The notes under the pieces are model-generated. The model was given only the letters and a program-made list of their open reading frames with translations. It ran no database searches and was not told where the DNA came from. From contig JAVBOA010000010.1 in assembly GCA_031551135.1 (NCBI GenBank), positions 774-64,773 on the forward strand: a DNA stretch of 64,000 bases. The letters run 5' to 3'. This document shows, in pieces, positions 46,160 to 55,200 of the stretch. Source of the stretch: Eubacteriales bacterium (GTDB taxonomy: Bacteria; Bacillota; Clostridia; Lachnospirales; JAITVM01). Each line of letters opens with the position of its first letter. The first letter of the stretch is position 1. The position numbers and the translations under genes were made by a program.

Positions 46160-46978
46160 CTATTTCTTCATTACCGGCGCTTGAAGCTCAGTCAGCCATT
46201 TTTCCGGATTTTTTTCATCATCAGGAGAAATAATTACATGTCCGCGCAAATTTCCCGCAAAAATATAATTATTCGCCTCTATCCATTCGGCTAGCTTTGA
46301 CGTGGCTGCGTCGTAGCCGCCGTCAAAAGGTCCCGAAAAACGAACTGTTGCCGCAAGCGGAATTTCGTCATATTGCTTATAAATAAATTCTCCTTGATTA
46401 GTTCCAAATTCATCAACAGGAATTGCGATTTCAACATCCGGATTTGATTCTTTATATTCTTCGTCAAAATAAGTGGAATAGCCGTCGCTGTGGCACTGCA
46501 GATTATTTTCAATTATAAATTTCCCAAGCTTCTCCCAAAGTATCCCTTCGTCTCTGTAATGTGGGATTATTCCGCGCAAAGTCAAAACTTTAACCGCAGG
46601 CAATTTTTTTAATTCAATTTCATAAACCATAATATTGTGCTCCTCTCTGAATTTACCGCTCATTTGCATGAGCTTGTTATATCTTTCCTGTTCGGCTTCG
46701 ATAAGCGATTTAACCGAAGCGGCTTTGGAGCGAAAAACCTCGTCCATATAGGCAGAATTGTCAAAATTGGGCAGGATATCACGTATTTCCTCAATAGAAA
46801 AACCTAAATCCCGAAGAAGTACAATATTCGCAAGCATGGGAATTTGTGCGGCGCTGTACATTCTATATCCTGTGAAAGAATCGATTTCAGCCGGCTGAAA
46901 AAGATTGCATTTTTCATAATGCCTCAGCATACGCGGCGAGACACGCACTAATTTAGAAAATTCACCAATTTTAAACAA
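46160..46978 (-). CDS. MerR-family transcriptional regulator with a GyrI-like effector domain (BmrR-like)
   Basis: FKIGEFSKLVRVSPRMLRHYEK HTH. C-terminal GyrI-like region. Start reassigned to TTG 46978, 7 nt after GGAGG. Confidence 0.75.
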   Translation of the reverse strand: MFKIGEFSKLVRVSPRMLRHYEKCNLFQPAEIDSFTGYRMYSAAQIPMLANIVLLRDLGFSIEEIRDILPNFDNSAYMDEVFRSKAASVKSLIEAEQERYNKLMQMSGKFREEHNIMVYEIELKKLPAVKVLTLRGIIPHYRDEGILWEKLGKFIIENNLQCHSDGYSTYFDEEYKESNPDVEIAIPVDEFGTNQGEFIYKQYDEIPLAATVRFSGPFDGGYDAATSKLAEWIEANNYIFAGNLRGHVIISPDDEKNPEKWLTELQAPVMKK

Positions 46979-47130
46979 GATAAAACCTCCATTGCCATTC
47001 GTATCAGAAATTTGTTGCAAATTCAGAATAAGCCTTGACATAATGTCAGAGTCAAGCAGAAAAAAATTTTTGTTATGTCGAGGAACGTATGGAAATTTTC
47101 GCTTTTATTTATCAGTATACCGTATGAAAA

Positions 47131-47598
47131 TCATATCAGGCAAGATTTCACATAATCAACCGGAACGTCCATACGTACAGCAGTTTCTTCGGCAGTGAAG
47201 CCGCTCTCCACAAATCGGCGGACTACGCTTATTATATTTTCGGCAACTTCAATAATATGCCCGTCCGGGTCATAAAAGCGAACGGCGCGCTGTCCCCAGC
47301 TATGTTCTAAAATTTGATGCAGATAAGAAATTTCTGAGAAGCTTGATAGCTTATTTGCGAAATCGTCAATATCTTCGACCTCGAAATATAATTCCATCGC
47401 GTTATTTTTATAAATAATTTCATTTTCGGTCTTTCTGATAAATTTTATCCACGATTCAGCAGTCTGCAAAGATAAACCTCCTGACAGCATGACATTCGCC
47501 CCGAAGTCACCAACCACCTCCAAGCCCAAAATATCAAAATAAAATTTTTTAGACTTTTCCATATCCTTAACAGCAATTAATGTTCCTTTATACATCAT
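47131..47598 (-). CDS. VOC (glyoxalase/bleomycin-resistance) family protein
   Basis: MYKGTLIAVKDMEKSKKFYFDILGL...RFYDPDGHIIEV pattern. Start at ATG 47598, 6 nt after AGGAGG. Confidence 0.7.
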   Translation of the reverse strand: MMYKGTLIAVKDMEKSKKFYFDILGLEVVGDFGANVMLSGGLSLQTAESWIKFIRKTENEIIYKNNAMELYFEVEDIDDFANKLSSFSEISYLHQILEHSWGQRAVRFYDPDGHIIEVAENIISVVRRFVESGFTAEETAVRMDVPVDYVKSCLI

Positions 47599-47611
47599 TT
47601 TCATCCTCCTA

Positions 47612-47724
47612 ATATTATTTCCCATTTGATTTGTAGAAAAAAATTTTCACAGCGAAGCGTTCCGCGCAATGCTTCAAGCGCGGAATGAAATATTTTTTTC
47701 TATTCTTTAGAAGGGAAATAGTAT
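47612..47724 (-). repeat. Long-form (113 bp) palindromic repeat, orientation B, diverged arms
   Basis: ATATTATTTCCCA...TTCACAGCGAAGCG-TTCCGCGC-aatgcttcaa-GCGCGGAA...GGGAAATAGTAT. A second compensated variant of the central stem. Confidence 0.8.
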
Positions 47725-47927
47725 AATATTTTACTCAAAAAGATTGTTGAAATTTTAACATAGCGATATATGAAATATGCTTATATTCAAAATCAGCGTG
47801 TCGGCATTTTATACTAAATAGTACAGAATAAAATCTTTCTAACGAAGCATAAATACCAGTTGACAATTGTTTCAAGGTAGATTACAATTCACAAGGTAAT
47901 AAATATAACTAAAAGGAGAACATTATC

Positions 47928-49193
47928 ATGAGCGGCTATAACGCAGTACTAGCAAGAAATACCGAAAACGCTCCAATAAACGCTTCATATTCGCAAACGG
48001 TAGCTTTTTCACATTACAATAATTTTTCGGCTCAATTACCTATCGATCCAAAATCCGGCAAATTAGTGGCCGGCGGCGTAAAAGAACAAGCCGAGCAATG
48101 CTTTAAAAACATCAAAGCAGTAGTAGAAAGCATAAACCATGTTATGAGTGACGTTGTCAGAATCACTGTATTCGTTAAGAATATCAAAGATGTCGACGCT
48201 GTAAACGAAGTTTATAAAACATTCTTCCCGACATATGTTCCTACAAGAACTACAGTTGCAGTAGATGCATTGCCTATGGATGCTTTAGTGCAAATCGAAG
48301 CGCTTATTTCGAACGGCGAAGGCACAATTCCAAACGCACCGCAAGCAGGCGACTTGATTAAGCTTACAAACAACACGGCAAATGCGCCAATATGTGCGCT
48401 TTCTACACAAACCGTGTCTTTTTCTCATTACAATAATCTTTCGGCTCAATTGCCTATCGACCCAAAAACCGGCAGATTAGTAATCGGCGGCGTAAAAGAG
48501 CAAACTGCACAGTGCTTAAAAAATATTAAGGCGATTTTAGAAAGTATCGACGTTCCTTTTGACGATATTGTTAAAATTAATATATTCCTTAAAGACCTTT
48601 CGGATATTGAAGCCGTAAACGAAGTTTATACAACATTTTTCCCTGACTCGGCTATCGCAAGAGCCGTTGCTTATCTTCCTGCAAGAACTGTAATTTCAGC
48701 GTCCGCTTTGCTTATGGATGCTTTAGTTCAAATCGAAGCAGTGGTTTCACACGGAGACGGTACGCCTCCGCAAGCTATTGAAGATAGACACGGACTTATT
48801 ATCGAAGCAAACAATACAGAAAATGCACCAAAATCTTCTCTGTCTACACAGACCGTGGCTTTTTCTCATTACAATCATCTTTCGGCGCAATTGCCTTTAG
48901 ACGCAAAAGGCAGCATGGTAGCCGGCGGTGTAAAAGAACAAGCCGGACAATGCTTGAAAAATATTAAAGCAATTGTAGAAAGTATCGACCATTCTATGGA
49001 AGATATAGTTAAAGTAAATGTATTCCTTAAAAATATCGCGGATATCGACGCTATGGATGAAGTTTACAAAACATTCTTTCCAAGCGGCACTCCTGCACGC
49101 AGAGTAGTCGGCGTATCGGCTTTGCTTAACGATGCTCTGATTCAAATAGATGCCGTTGTATCAAACGCAGAAGGAACTCCGCCAATAGCATAA
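47928..49193 (+). CDS. Triple tandem RidA/YjgF/L-PSP domain protein
   Basis: Three ~135-150-aa repeats, each with NT(E/A)NAP...S(T)QTV(A/S)FSHYN..SAQLP(I/L)D...GGVKEQ..QC(F/L)KNIKA..ESI...(V/I)FLK(N/D)...(V/M)(N/D)EVYK(T)FFP...AR...L(P/L).DAL(V/I)QI(E/D)A. Confidence 0.85.
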   Translation: MSGYNAVLARNTENAPINASYSQTVAFSHYNNFSAQLPIDPKSGKLVAGGVKEQAEQCFKNIKAVVESINHVMSDVVRITVFVKNIKDVDAVNEVYKTFFPTYVPTRTTVAVDALPMDALVQIEALISNGEGTIPNAPQAGDLIKLTNNTANAPICALSTQTVSFSHYNNLSAQLPIDPKTGRLVIGGVKEQTAQCLKNIKAILESIDVPFDDIVKINIFLKDLSDIEAVNEVYTTFFPDSAIARAVAYLPARTVISASALLMDALVQIEAVVSHGDGTPPQAIEDRHGLIIEANNTENAPKSSLSTQTVAFSHYNHLSAQLPLDAKGSMVAGGVKEQAGQCLKNIKAIVESIDHSMEDIVKVNVFLKNIADIDAMDEVYKTFFPSGTPARRVVGVSALLNDALIQIDAVVSNAEGTPPIA

Positions 49194-49352
49194 AACTTTT
49201 TATTATAAATCAGCCGTTCTCGAAAGAGAGCGGTTTTTTTACGCATTACAATCAATGTATTGTTAAAGACAGTATAAAATTAAAAAAATTGTATATTTAT
49301 CGCATTTTATTTTGTATAATAGTATAAAATACATAAATATGGGGGATACTAA

Positions 49353-50432
49353 ATGATTAACGAAGTAAAAAAATATTATGACCTCAGCGGAAATATTACT
49401 TCTTGCGAACCTTTCGGACAAGGGCATATTAATGATACTTATCTTGTTATTTTAGATGACGGCAAAAAATACATATTGCAAAGAATTAATACCCGTGTTT
49501 TTAAAAATCCGGACGAACTTATGCAAAATATTGAAGGCGTAACAAATTTTTTAAGAAAAAAGATAATCGATAATGGCGGAAATCCCGACCGTGAATCTCT
49601 GACCATTATAAAAACTATAGACAATAAAACCTATTTTGCCGATTCCAACAGCGATTGCTGGCGTATTTATACTTTTATAGATGATGCCGTTACTTACCAA
49701 ATCGCCGAATCGCCTTTGCATCTTTACGAATCGGGCCGCGCTTTCGGTATGTTTCAAAAAAACTTGGCGGATTATCCGGCGCATACTCTTTTCGAGCCGA
49801 TTGCAAATTTTCATAATACAAAAGTCAGATTCGAAACTTTTTTAAAAGCCGTTGACGAAGATGTAAAATCCAGAAAAAATGATGCACTAAACGAAATCGA
49901 ATTTGCCATGAAGCGCGCCGGCGAAACGGGTATTTTGGTAGATATGCTGGCGAACAGCGAATTGCCTTTGCGCGTCACACATAATGATACAAAATTCAAT
50001 AATGTTATTATCGATAAAAACACCGGAAAAGCAATCTGCGTTGTAGATCTCGATACCGTAATGCCCGGCCTTGCTTTATATGATTACGGCGATTCTATTC
50101 GTTCCAGCACAAATCCTGCGGACGAGGACGAAAAAGATATTTCGAAAGTATTTATGGATAATGATTTTTTTGAAAGCTTCACAAAGGGATATTTAGAGGT
50201 TGCGAAAGAATTTCTCCAGCCTAATGAAATTAAAATGCTTGCTTTTTCCGCAAAACTCATGACTTTGGAATGCGGAATCAGATTTTTGACCGACCATCTT
50301 CAAGGCGATGTTTATTTTAAAACACACCGCGAAAACCATAATCTCGACCGCTGCCGCACGCAATTTAAATTAGTGGCTGATATGGAAGAAAAAATGCAAT
50401 ATATGCACGATTTTATTAATAGCAATCTATAA
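49353..50432 (+). CDS. nahK: N-acetylhexosamine 1-kinase-like (NahK/MdsC, APH-fold kinase)
   Basis: PLRVTHNDTKFNNVIID, VDLDTVMPG, YGDSIR, EDEKDISKV, LMTLECGIRFLTDHLQGDVYF and HNLDRCRTQFKLV closely parallel Bifidobacterium NahK as I recall it. Same 359-aa length. Confidence 0.7.
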   Translation: MINEVKKYYDLSGNITSCEPFGQGHINDTYLVILDDGKKYILQRINTRVFKNPDELMQNIEGVTNFLRKKIIDNGGNPDRESLTIIKTIDNKTYFADSNSDCWRIYTFIDDAVTYQIAESPLHLYESGRAFGMFQKNLADYPAHTLFEPIANFHNTKVRFETFLKAVDEDVKSRKNDALNEIEFAMKRAGETGILVDMLANSELPLRVTHNDTKFNNVIIDKNTGKAICVVDLDTVMPGLALYDYGDSIRSSTNPADEDEKDISKVFMDNDFFESFTKGYLEVAKEFLQPNEIKMLAFSAKLMTLECGIRFLTDHLQGDVYFKTHRENHNLDRCRTQFKLVADMEEKMQYMHDFINSNL

Positions 50433-50462
50433 ATATCAGGGCCGCTCAATGCGACCCCTTTT

Positions 50463-51542
50463 TTATAATTTCATGCCCTCTTTCCAATCAAGCGACAAAA
50501 GTTTTTTCGAAGCTATCAGATACATCACGAAAGCCCCAATAAACACAATAAATGTAAAAATTATTTTATTCTCGACAAAAAATATCCTATAGTCATAAAA
50601 TCGTATAATCAATAAATTTACCGCGTAAAATAATATTCCCAGTGAATTTAGCTTTGTTTTTATGGGAATCATTATCAACAAATATGTACATCCGTAATAT
50701 AAAATCGAAAATAAAGAAAACTCGATAATCGATTTTTTAAAAATAACTGACGAACAGAGCATGAGAAAAAGCATGATTAAAATCATTAATACGATATTTT
50801 TATTGCTTTTTTTATCAAGAAAAAAACCAAACACGAATATTACTAAAAAAGTAATTAAATGAACCGCAAGTTCTGATAATGTCCGGAAATCATAAAGTAA
50901 TTTAGAATAATCGGTATAAATTTTGAAAAAGCACGCACATGCACTAAGAATTACCATCAAAAATATATTAGATAATTCAATTTTTTCGCTTTTAAATTCC
51001 TCGGTATTTTTGAAATAAAAGCAGTATAAAAAAAATGCGAATAACGAAACTAATAGAAGTATCAGAAAATTCTGTGCTCCTTCGCTGAAAATCTCAGATC
51101 TGCCTTCATTGGCCGCCGAAAGCATGGAATAATTATAGCTTTTGTAAAAAAAGAACTTTCTTATGTAGTAAAAAATAGATTCTCCGATAACAATGGCTGT
51201 GATAAAAATTGCTAAGATTTTGTAGGAGCTGTCAGAACAATTAATAAGCGTGTCGGAAAACAGGATTCCGGTCAAAATACCATGGGCCAATATTAAATAC
51301 GAATAAAACGGTATATTTTTATAAAACAGCAAAACTTCAAGAATCATAAACAGGAAAAAGATAAATTTAAGATTGTATTTTTTTTGTTTTATTATGTGAA
51401 AAAAAGAGCGGATTAAAATGCCAAGCATAATCGAAACTAAAAAATTGCGGTACATTTTATCATCGCTGACAATATTAGCGGACAAAAAAGCAAAAGAAAT
51501 AAATAAAAAAGACAAAATGTAAAAAGAAAGCTTCCTGAGCAT
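50463..51542 (-). CDS. Polytopic membrane protein, function unknown
   Basis: 359 aa, roughly ten hydrophobic segments, Phe/Tyr/Ile-rich. No motif recognised. Confidence 0.5.
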   Translation of the reverse strand: MLRKLSFYILSFLFISFAFLSANIVSDDKMYRNFLVSIMLGILIRSFFHIIKQKKYNLKFIFFLFMILEVLLFYKNIPFYSYLILAHGILTGILFSDTLINCSDSSYKILAIFITAIVIGESIFYYIRKFFFYKSYNYSMLSAANEGRSEIFSEGAQNFLILLLVSLFAFFLYCFYFKNTEEFKSEKIELSNIFLMVILSACACFFKIYTDYSKLLYDFRTLSELAVHLITFLVIFVFGFFLDKKSNKNIVLMILIMLFLMLCSSVIFKKSIIEFSLFSILYYGCTYLLIMIPIKTKLNSLGILFYAVNLLIIRFYDYRIFFVENKIIFTFIVFIGAFVMYLIASKKLLSLDWKEGMKL

Positions 51543-51581
51543 TAAATTATCATCCCCTTTTAATCATCTGTAGAAATATAG

Positions 51582-51848
51582 AAGCCTTCGACTTTGTCGG
51601 ACACACGTAATTTCATAGCTCATACATTTTTATAGAAAAACGCTATAAAAATGTATTCGTTACGTGTTAAAGCCTTCGGCTTTAATCCGCGGCGCGGATT
51701 TTGTCCGACTTCGTCGGACACACGTTATTTCATAGCTCATACATTTTTATAAAAAAACGCTATAAAAATGTATTCGTTACGTGTTAAAGCCTTCGGCTTT
51801 AATCCGCGGCGCGGATTTTGTTCGACTTCGTCGAACACACGTAATATT
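51582..51848. repeat. Tandem repeat, 117-bp unit, two full units plus partial units at both ends; each unit is a string of four hairpins
   Basis: Units start at 51596, 51713 and 51830 (GTCGGACACACGT...). Hairpins are a long CACGTAA..ATACATTTTTATAG-loop-CTATAAAAATGTAT..TTACGTG, then TTAAAGCC-TTCG-GGCTTTAA, TCCGC-GGC-GCGGA and GTCCGAC-TTC-GTCGGAC. Confidence 0.85.
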
Positions 51849-51932
51849 ATACCCTTTTATGGTTATTTTTTCAATATACGTGCCGAATTTTGGCATAAAA
51901 AAAGCTGAAGTTAAATACTCCAGCAGAAATTA

Positions 51933-52328
51933 CTATTCTTCCTCATCTTCGTCAAAATCATCTTCATCGTAATCTTCGTCGTCTTCTTCGTCATAAATAT
52001 ATTCAACATCATCAAAACCATCAAATTCATCAAACTGAAAAAGTTGCTCAAATTCCTTTGATACTTTGTCGAACTCATCATCGGATTCAATAAGTTCCAG
52101 TTCTACTTCGTCGCCGTTTTCTTTATATACATAAATCAAAACTTCGTCGTCGCCAATAGGCATTAATGCAATATACGATTTATTTTCAACATCAAAAACA
52201 CCAAGCACGCTGCACTCTAACTCTGAACCGTCGTCTAAGGTTATAATAATTGTTTCTTGGGCATGGTCGTGATCGCAGCCACAGTCACAAGAATCGCCAC
52301 AATCTCCGTCAAAATGATTATGTTCCAT
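51933..52328 (-). CDS. DUF1292-family small acidic protein
   Basis: IITLDDGSELECSVLGVFDVENKSYIALMP...LIYVYKENGDEVELELIESDDEFDKV pattern. N-terminal His/Cys/Asp-rich stretch, poly-acidic tail. Start at MEHNH with an AGGAGG RBS. Confidence 0.65.
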   Translation of the reverse strand: MEHNHFDGDCGDSCDCGCDHDHAQETIIITLDDGSELECSVLGVFDVENKSYIALMPIGDDEVLIYVYKENGDEVELELIESDDEFDKVSKEFEQLFQFDEFDGFDDVEYIYDEEDDEDYDEDDFDEDEEE

Positions 52329-52456
52329 AAATGAACCTCCTAAAAAAGATTTGCCATTCAAATTGTCTGACGTTAGCTTATATTATACCATAAATAATTA
52401 TTTGTAAACAAAAATTTATTAATTCGTTGAGTAAATATTTTAACAAAATTTTATTT

Positions 52457-52500
52457 ATACTATTTTCATTTTTTTCTATCCTTTATAATGAAAATAGTGT
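52457..52500. repeat. Mini-form palindromic repeat
   Basis: ATACTATTTTCA-TTTTTTTCTATCCTTTATAA-TGAAAATAGTGT. Equals the long form of copy 37824 minus its central ~70 bp. Confidence 0.75.
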
Positions 52501-52531
52501 TATAACAATTCCACAAAAATAACACTCTGTA

Positions 52532-52574
52532 ATACTATTTACATTTTTCTATCTTTAAAGAATGGAAATCGTAA
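52532..52574. repeat. Mini-form palindromic repeat
   Basis: ATACTATTTACA-TTTTTCTATCTTTAAAGAA-TGGAAATCGTAA. Confidence 0.65.
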
Positions 52575-52597
52575 AATATACAAAGTGTTATTTTTTA

Positions 52598-53290
52598 TTA
52601 CTCGGTATTCTCGTTAAAATACTTGATAATCCCTTTATAAATCGCCCATGCGATTTTTTCTTGGTATTCGTTATCAGAAAGCTTATTGGTGTCGCTGGGA
52701 TTCGATAAAAACCCGCATTCCACAATAATCGCCGGTGTTTTTGATTTTTTCAGCAAATAATAATTCGTATTCGCCTTTGCTTCTCTACGGTTTTCCGGAT
52801 CAACGAAAGCCTTAATTTCCTCCTGAACATTTTCGGCAAGCTTTTTGGAATTTTCGAAATTCTCAAAATAAAAAACCTGCGCCCCTTGAACAGTTTCTTT
52901 CGGATAAGAGTTTTGGTGTATGCTGACAAGAATATCCGATTTGTAATCATTCGCAATGACGATTCTTTCACGCATATCAATCGACTTTCGCTCGCCCAAC
53001 GCTTCGTCCGTAGTTCTTGTCATCAAAACCGTAGAACCGCCCTGCTCTAAATATGACTGCAATTTTTTCGCTATCTGCAAATTTATATCTTTTTCTAATT
53101 TTTCGTCAGCGCTGACTTTTCCGGGGTCCCAGCCGCCGTGACCGGAGTCAATCGCAATTATTTTTTTAGAGATCGGCATCGAAAAAGTAGCAACTGTTTC
53201 ATCTTTATAAATTTTAATAACACCGATAATTATTACAGTCAAATAAGTAAAAAATAATATAGTTTCTTTTTTAATTGAAAATACTTTCAA
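52598..53290 (-). CDS. cwlD: N-acetylmuramoyl-L-alanine amidase (Amidase_3; CwlD-like)
   Basis: N-terminal TM segment, IAIDSGHGGWDPGK, SIHQNS, ECGFLSN. Confidence 0.75.
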   Translation of the reverse strand: MKVFSIKKETILFFTYLTVIIIGVIKIYKDETVATFSMPISKKIIAIDSGHGGWDPGKVSADEKLEKDINLQIAKKLQSYLEQGGSTVLMTRTTDEALGERKSIDMRERIVIANDYKSDILVSIHQNSYPKETVQGAQVFYFENFENSKKLAENVQEEIKAFVDPENRREAKANTNYYLLKKSKTPAIIVECGFLSNPSDTNKLSDNEYQEKIAWAIYKGIIKYFNENTE

Positions 53291-53409
53291 AGAGCACCCC
53301 CAAAAATAAATTCCTAATCATCTCTATTCAAAGAACTTCTATAAAATATTATTCGGGAGTTATCATAAATATTCGAAATAACCTAAAAAGGATTTTTCGT
53401 CAGCCTAAA

Positions 53410-54849
53410 TCAATTTAATGTAATTTCCACTTTTCTTTCTTTTTGATTCCAATCGACTTCGGCTTTAAAAGCCTCCGAAATCGCACGTATCGGGACAAAA
53501 GTACGGTCATTTACGATTATCGGCTCAGTGTCCAAAGATATTTCTCTGTCATTTACAGACATATTATTTTTTCCGATAGTTAAATTTATTATTGTACTGC
53601 CCTTTTTTGCCGTAATATTTTTATTTGAGTCATTCCATTCGACTTCTGCGCCGAGTGCATTAAAAACCGCGCGCATCGGTACGAGAACACGTTCATTTTC
53701 GATTATCGGATTTTGCTCAAATCCTAAATATTCTCCATTTATATAAACCCGAACAAGCGGATTTTTTATAACACCGTTTACTTCGTTAGCAACTGTCCAA
53801 GTCAAACCTTCTCTGAAATCCAGCGCAAAATTGAAAACCGGCTCAATTACTAAATTATTTTTTTTATCAATAAATCCATTTTTGCCGTCTTTGCCGATAC
53901 AAGCCAAGCCTTCGCTGAAATCATAAGCCTCGTCATATTCGAACGGAATTTTCAAAATACCGTTTTTATCAATAAAACCCCATTTTCCGTCCATCATAAC
54001 GGCGGCGTACCCTTCATAAAAATCCCGTGCGTCTTCAAATTGACAAGGTATAATTTCTGCGCCTGTTTTGTCCAGATATCCGAATCCGTTTTCCGATTTT
54101 ACGAGCGCCCTTTCGTCCTTAAAATAAATATCCATGCTCATATTATCGTAAGGCCTTGTTGCGATTACGATTTTTCCGGTTTTATCGATAAAAGTCAGCC
54201 TATTATGCGCCGCAATAGAATCTTTTTCGGCAACGGCGATTGATGCCGGCGCAAGCCCTTCATTAAAATAATCATCAAATATCCAATAAATTATGTCGTC
54301 CTGCTCATAAATATCGCCTATAAGAGCTTTATTAATCAAAGGTTTTTCGATAACGATTTCGCCTTTTTTATTTATAAAATATTGCTGTCCGTCCAAAATA
54401 ACCGGTGCCAAACCGTCATTGAACTCCCCTGCCCAATCGTAGACAAAAGGAATCACGATATTATTATTTGCGTCCAAATATCCGAATAATTCATCCTTTT
54501 TAACAGAGCAAAGCCCCTCTTTATAATCAAAAGCCGATTGATAAATACAAGGGATAACTTCTTCGCCTTTTTTATTTATATAACCCCACTGCCCTTCTCC
54601 TTTTGCAACAACCGCCAATCCCTCATTAAAATAAAAAGCATATTCATATTGCTGCTTAATAACGGTTTTTCCGTCAACATCCATATATCCGAATAAATCG
54701 TCCTCGGAAAAAACCATCAAGCCCTCTTGATAATTTCCGACTGAAGTCACCTCGTTGTCATAGAAAAATTTATAGTCGACCGGCTCTGCAAAAATTGATT
54801 GCGGAAAAACAAAAATTAAAAACAAAAAAGCAATAAATACCCTTTTCAT
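53410..54849 (-). CDS. Secreted WG/KWG-repeat protein with two C-terminal copper-amine-oxidase-N-like stalk domains
   Basis: Signal peptide. Many repeats of F.EGLA.V...GKWG(Y/F)I(D/N)K.G. C-terminal VLVPMRAVFNALGAEVEWN and TFVPIRAISEAFKAEVDWN. Confidence 0.7.
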   Translation of the reverse strand: MKRVFIAFLFLIFVFPQSIFAEPVDYKFFYDNEVTSVGNYQEGLMVFSEDDLFGYMDVDGKTVIKQQYEYAFYFNEGLAVVAKGEGQWGYINKKGEEVIPCIYQSAFDYKEGLCSVKKDELFGYLDANNNIVIPFVYDWAGEFNDGLAPVILDGQQYFINKKGEIVIEKPLINKALIGDIYEQDDIIYWIFDDYFNEGLAPASIAVAEKDSIAAHNRLTFIDKTGKIVIATRPYDNMSMDIYFKDERALVKSENGFGYLDKTGAEIIPCQFEDARDFYEGYAAVMMDGKWGFIDKNGILKIPFEYDEAYDFSEGLACIGKDGKNGFIDKKNNLVIEPVFNFALDFREGLTWTVANEVNGVIKNPLVRVYINGEYLGFEQNPIIENERVLVPMRAVFNALGAEVEWNDSNKNITAKKGSTIINLTIGKNNMSVNDREISLDTEPIIVNDRTFVPIRAISEAFKAEVDWNQKERKVEITLN

Positions 54850-55200
54850 AAAAAGCCCTCCTTCAAATACTTTATCCTTCTGTTGAAAATAACAAGATTT
54901 CATCTATCGGTCAAAAAAATCTTTTTGCTTTTAACTTTATTGTGTATAATAAAATAAGATTAAAATGCTATAATAATTATGTTAAACAATCGTTATGAAT
55001 ATATTATAATACGAATTCTTTACAGGCACAGTATGCTTTTTTTAACATATTATGCGATTTTTTATAGCTTTGGGATTTCCTACACTATCCATATTTTCCC
55101 GAATTATGTCCAAAAATACTCAACTAATTTATCGACATATTTTCCAAAAACATTCTATATTGTCAGTTGAATTTTAATAATTTTGAAAAGAGGTAAATTT

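Noticed and set aside
51582-51848. Possibility that the tandem repeat or the palindromic minis are a CRISPR array
   Set aside because: The units are contiguous 117-bp repeats with no unique spacers. The mini palindromes are scattered singly through intergenic regions. No cas genes are present in the window.
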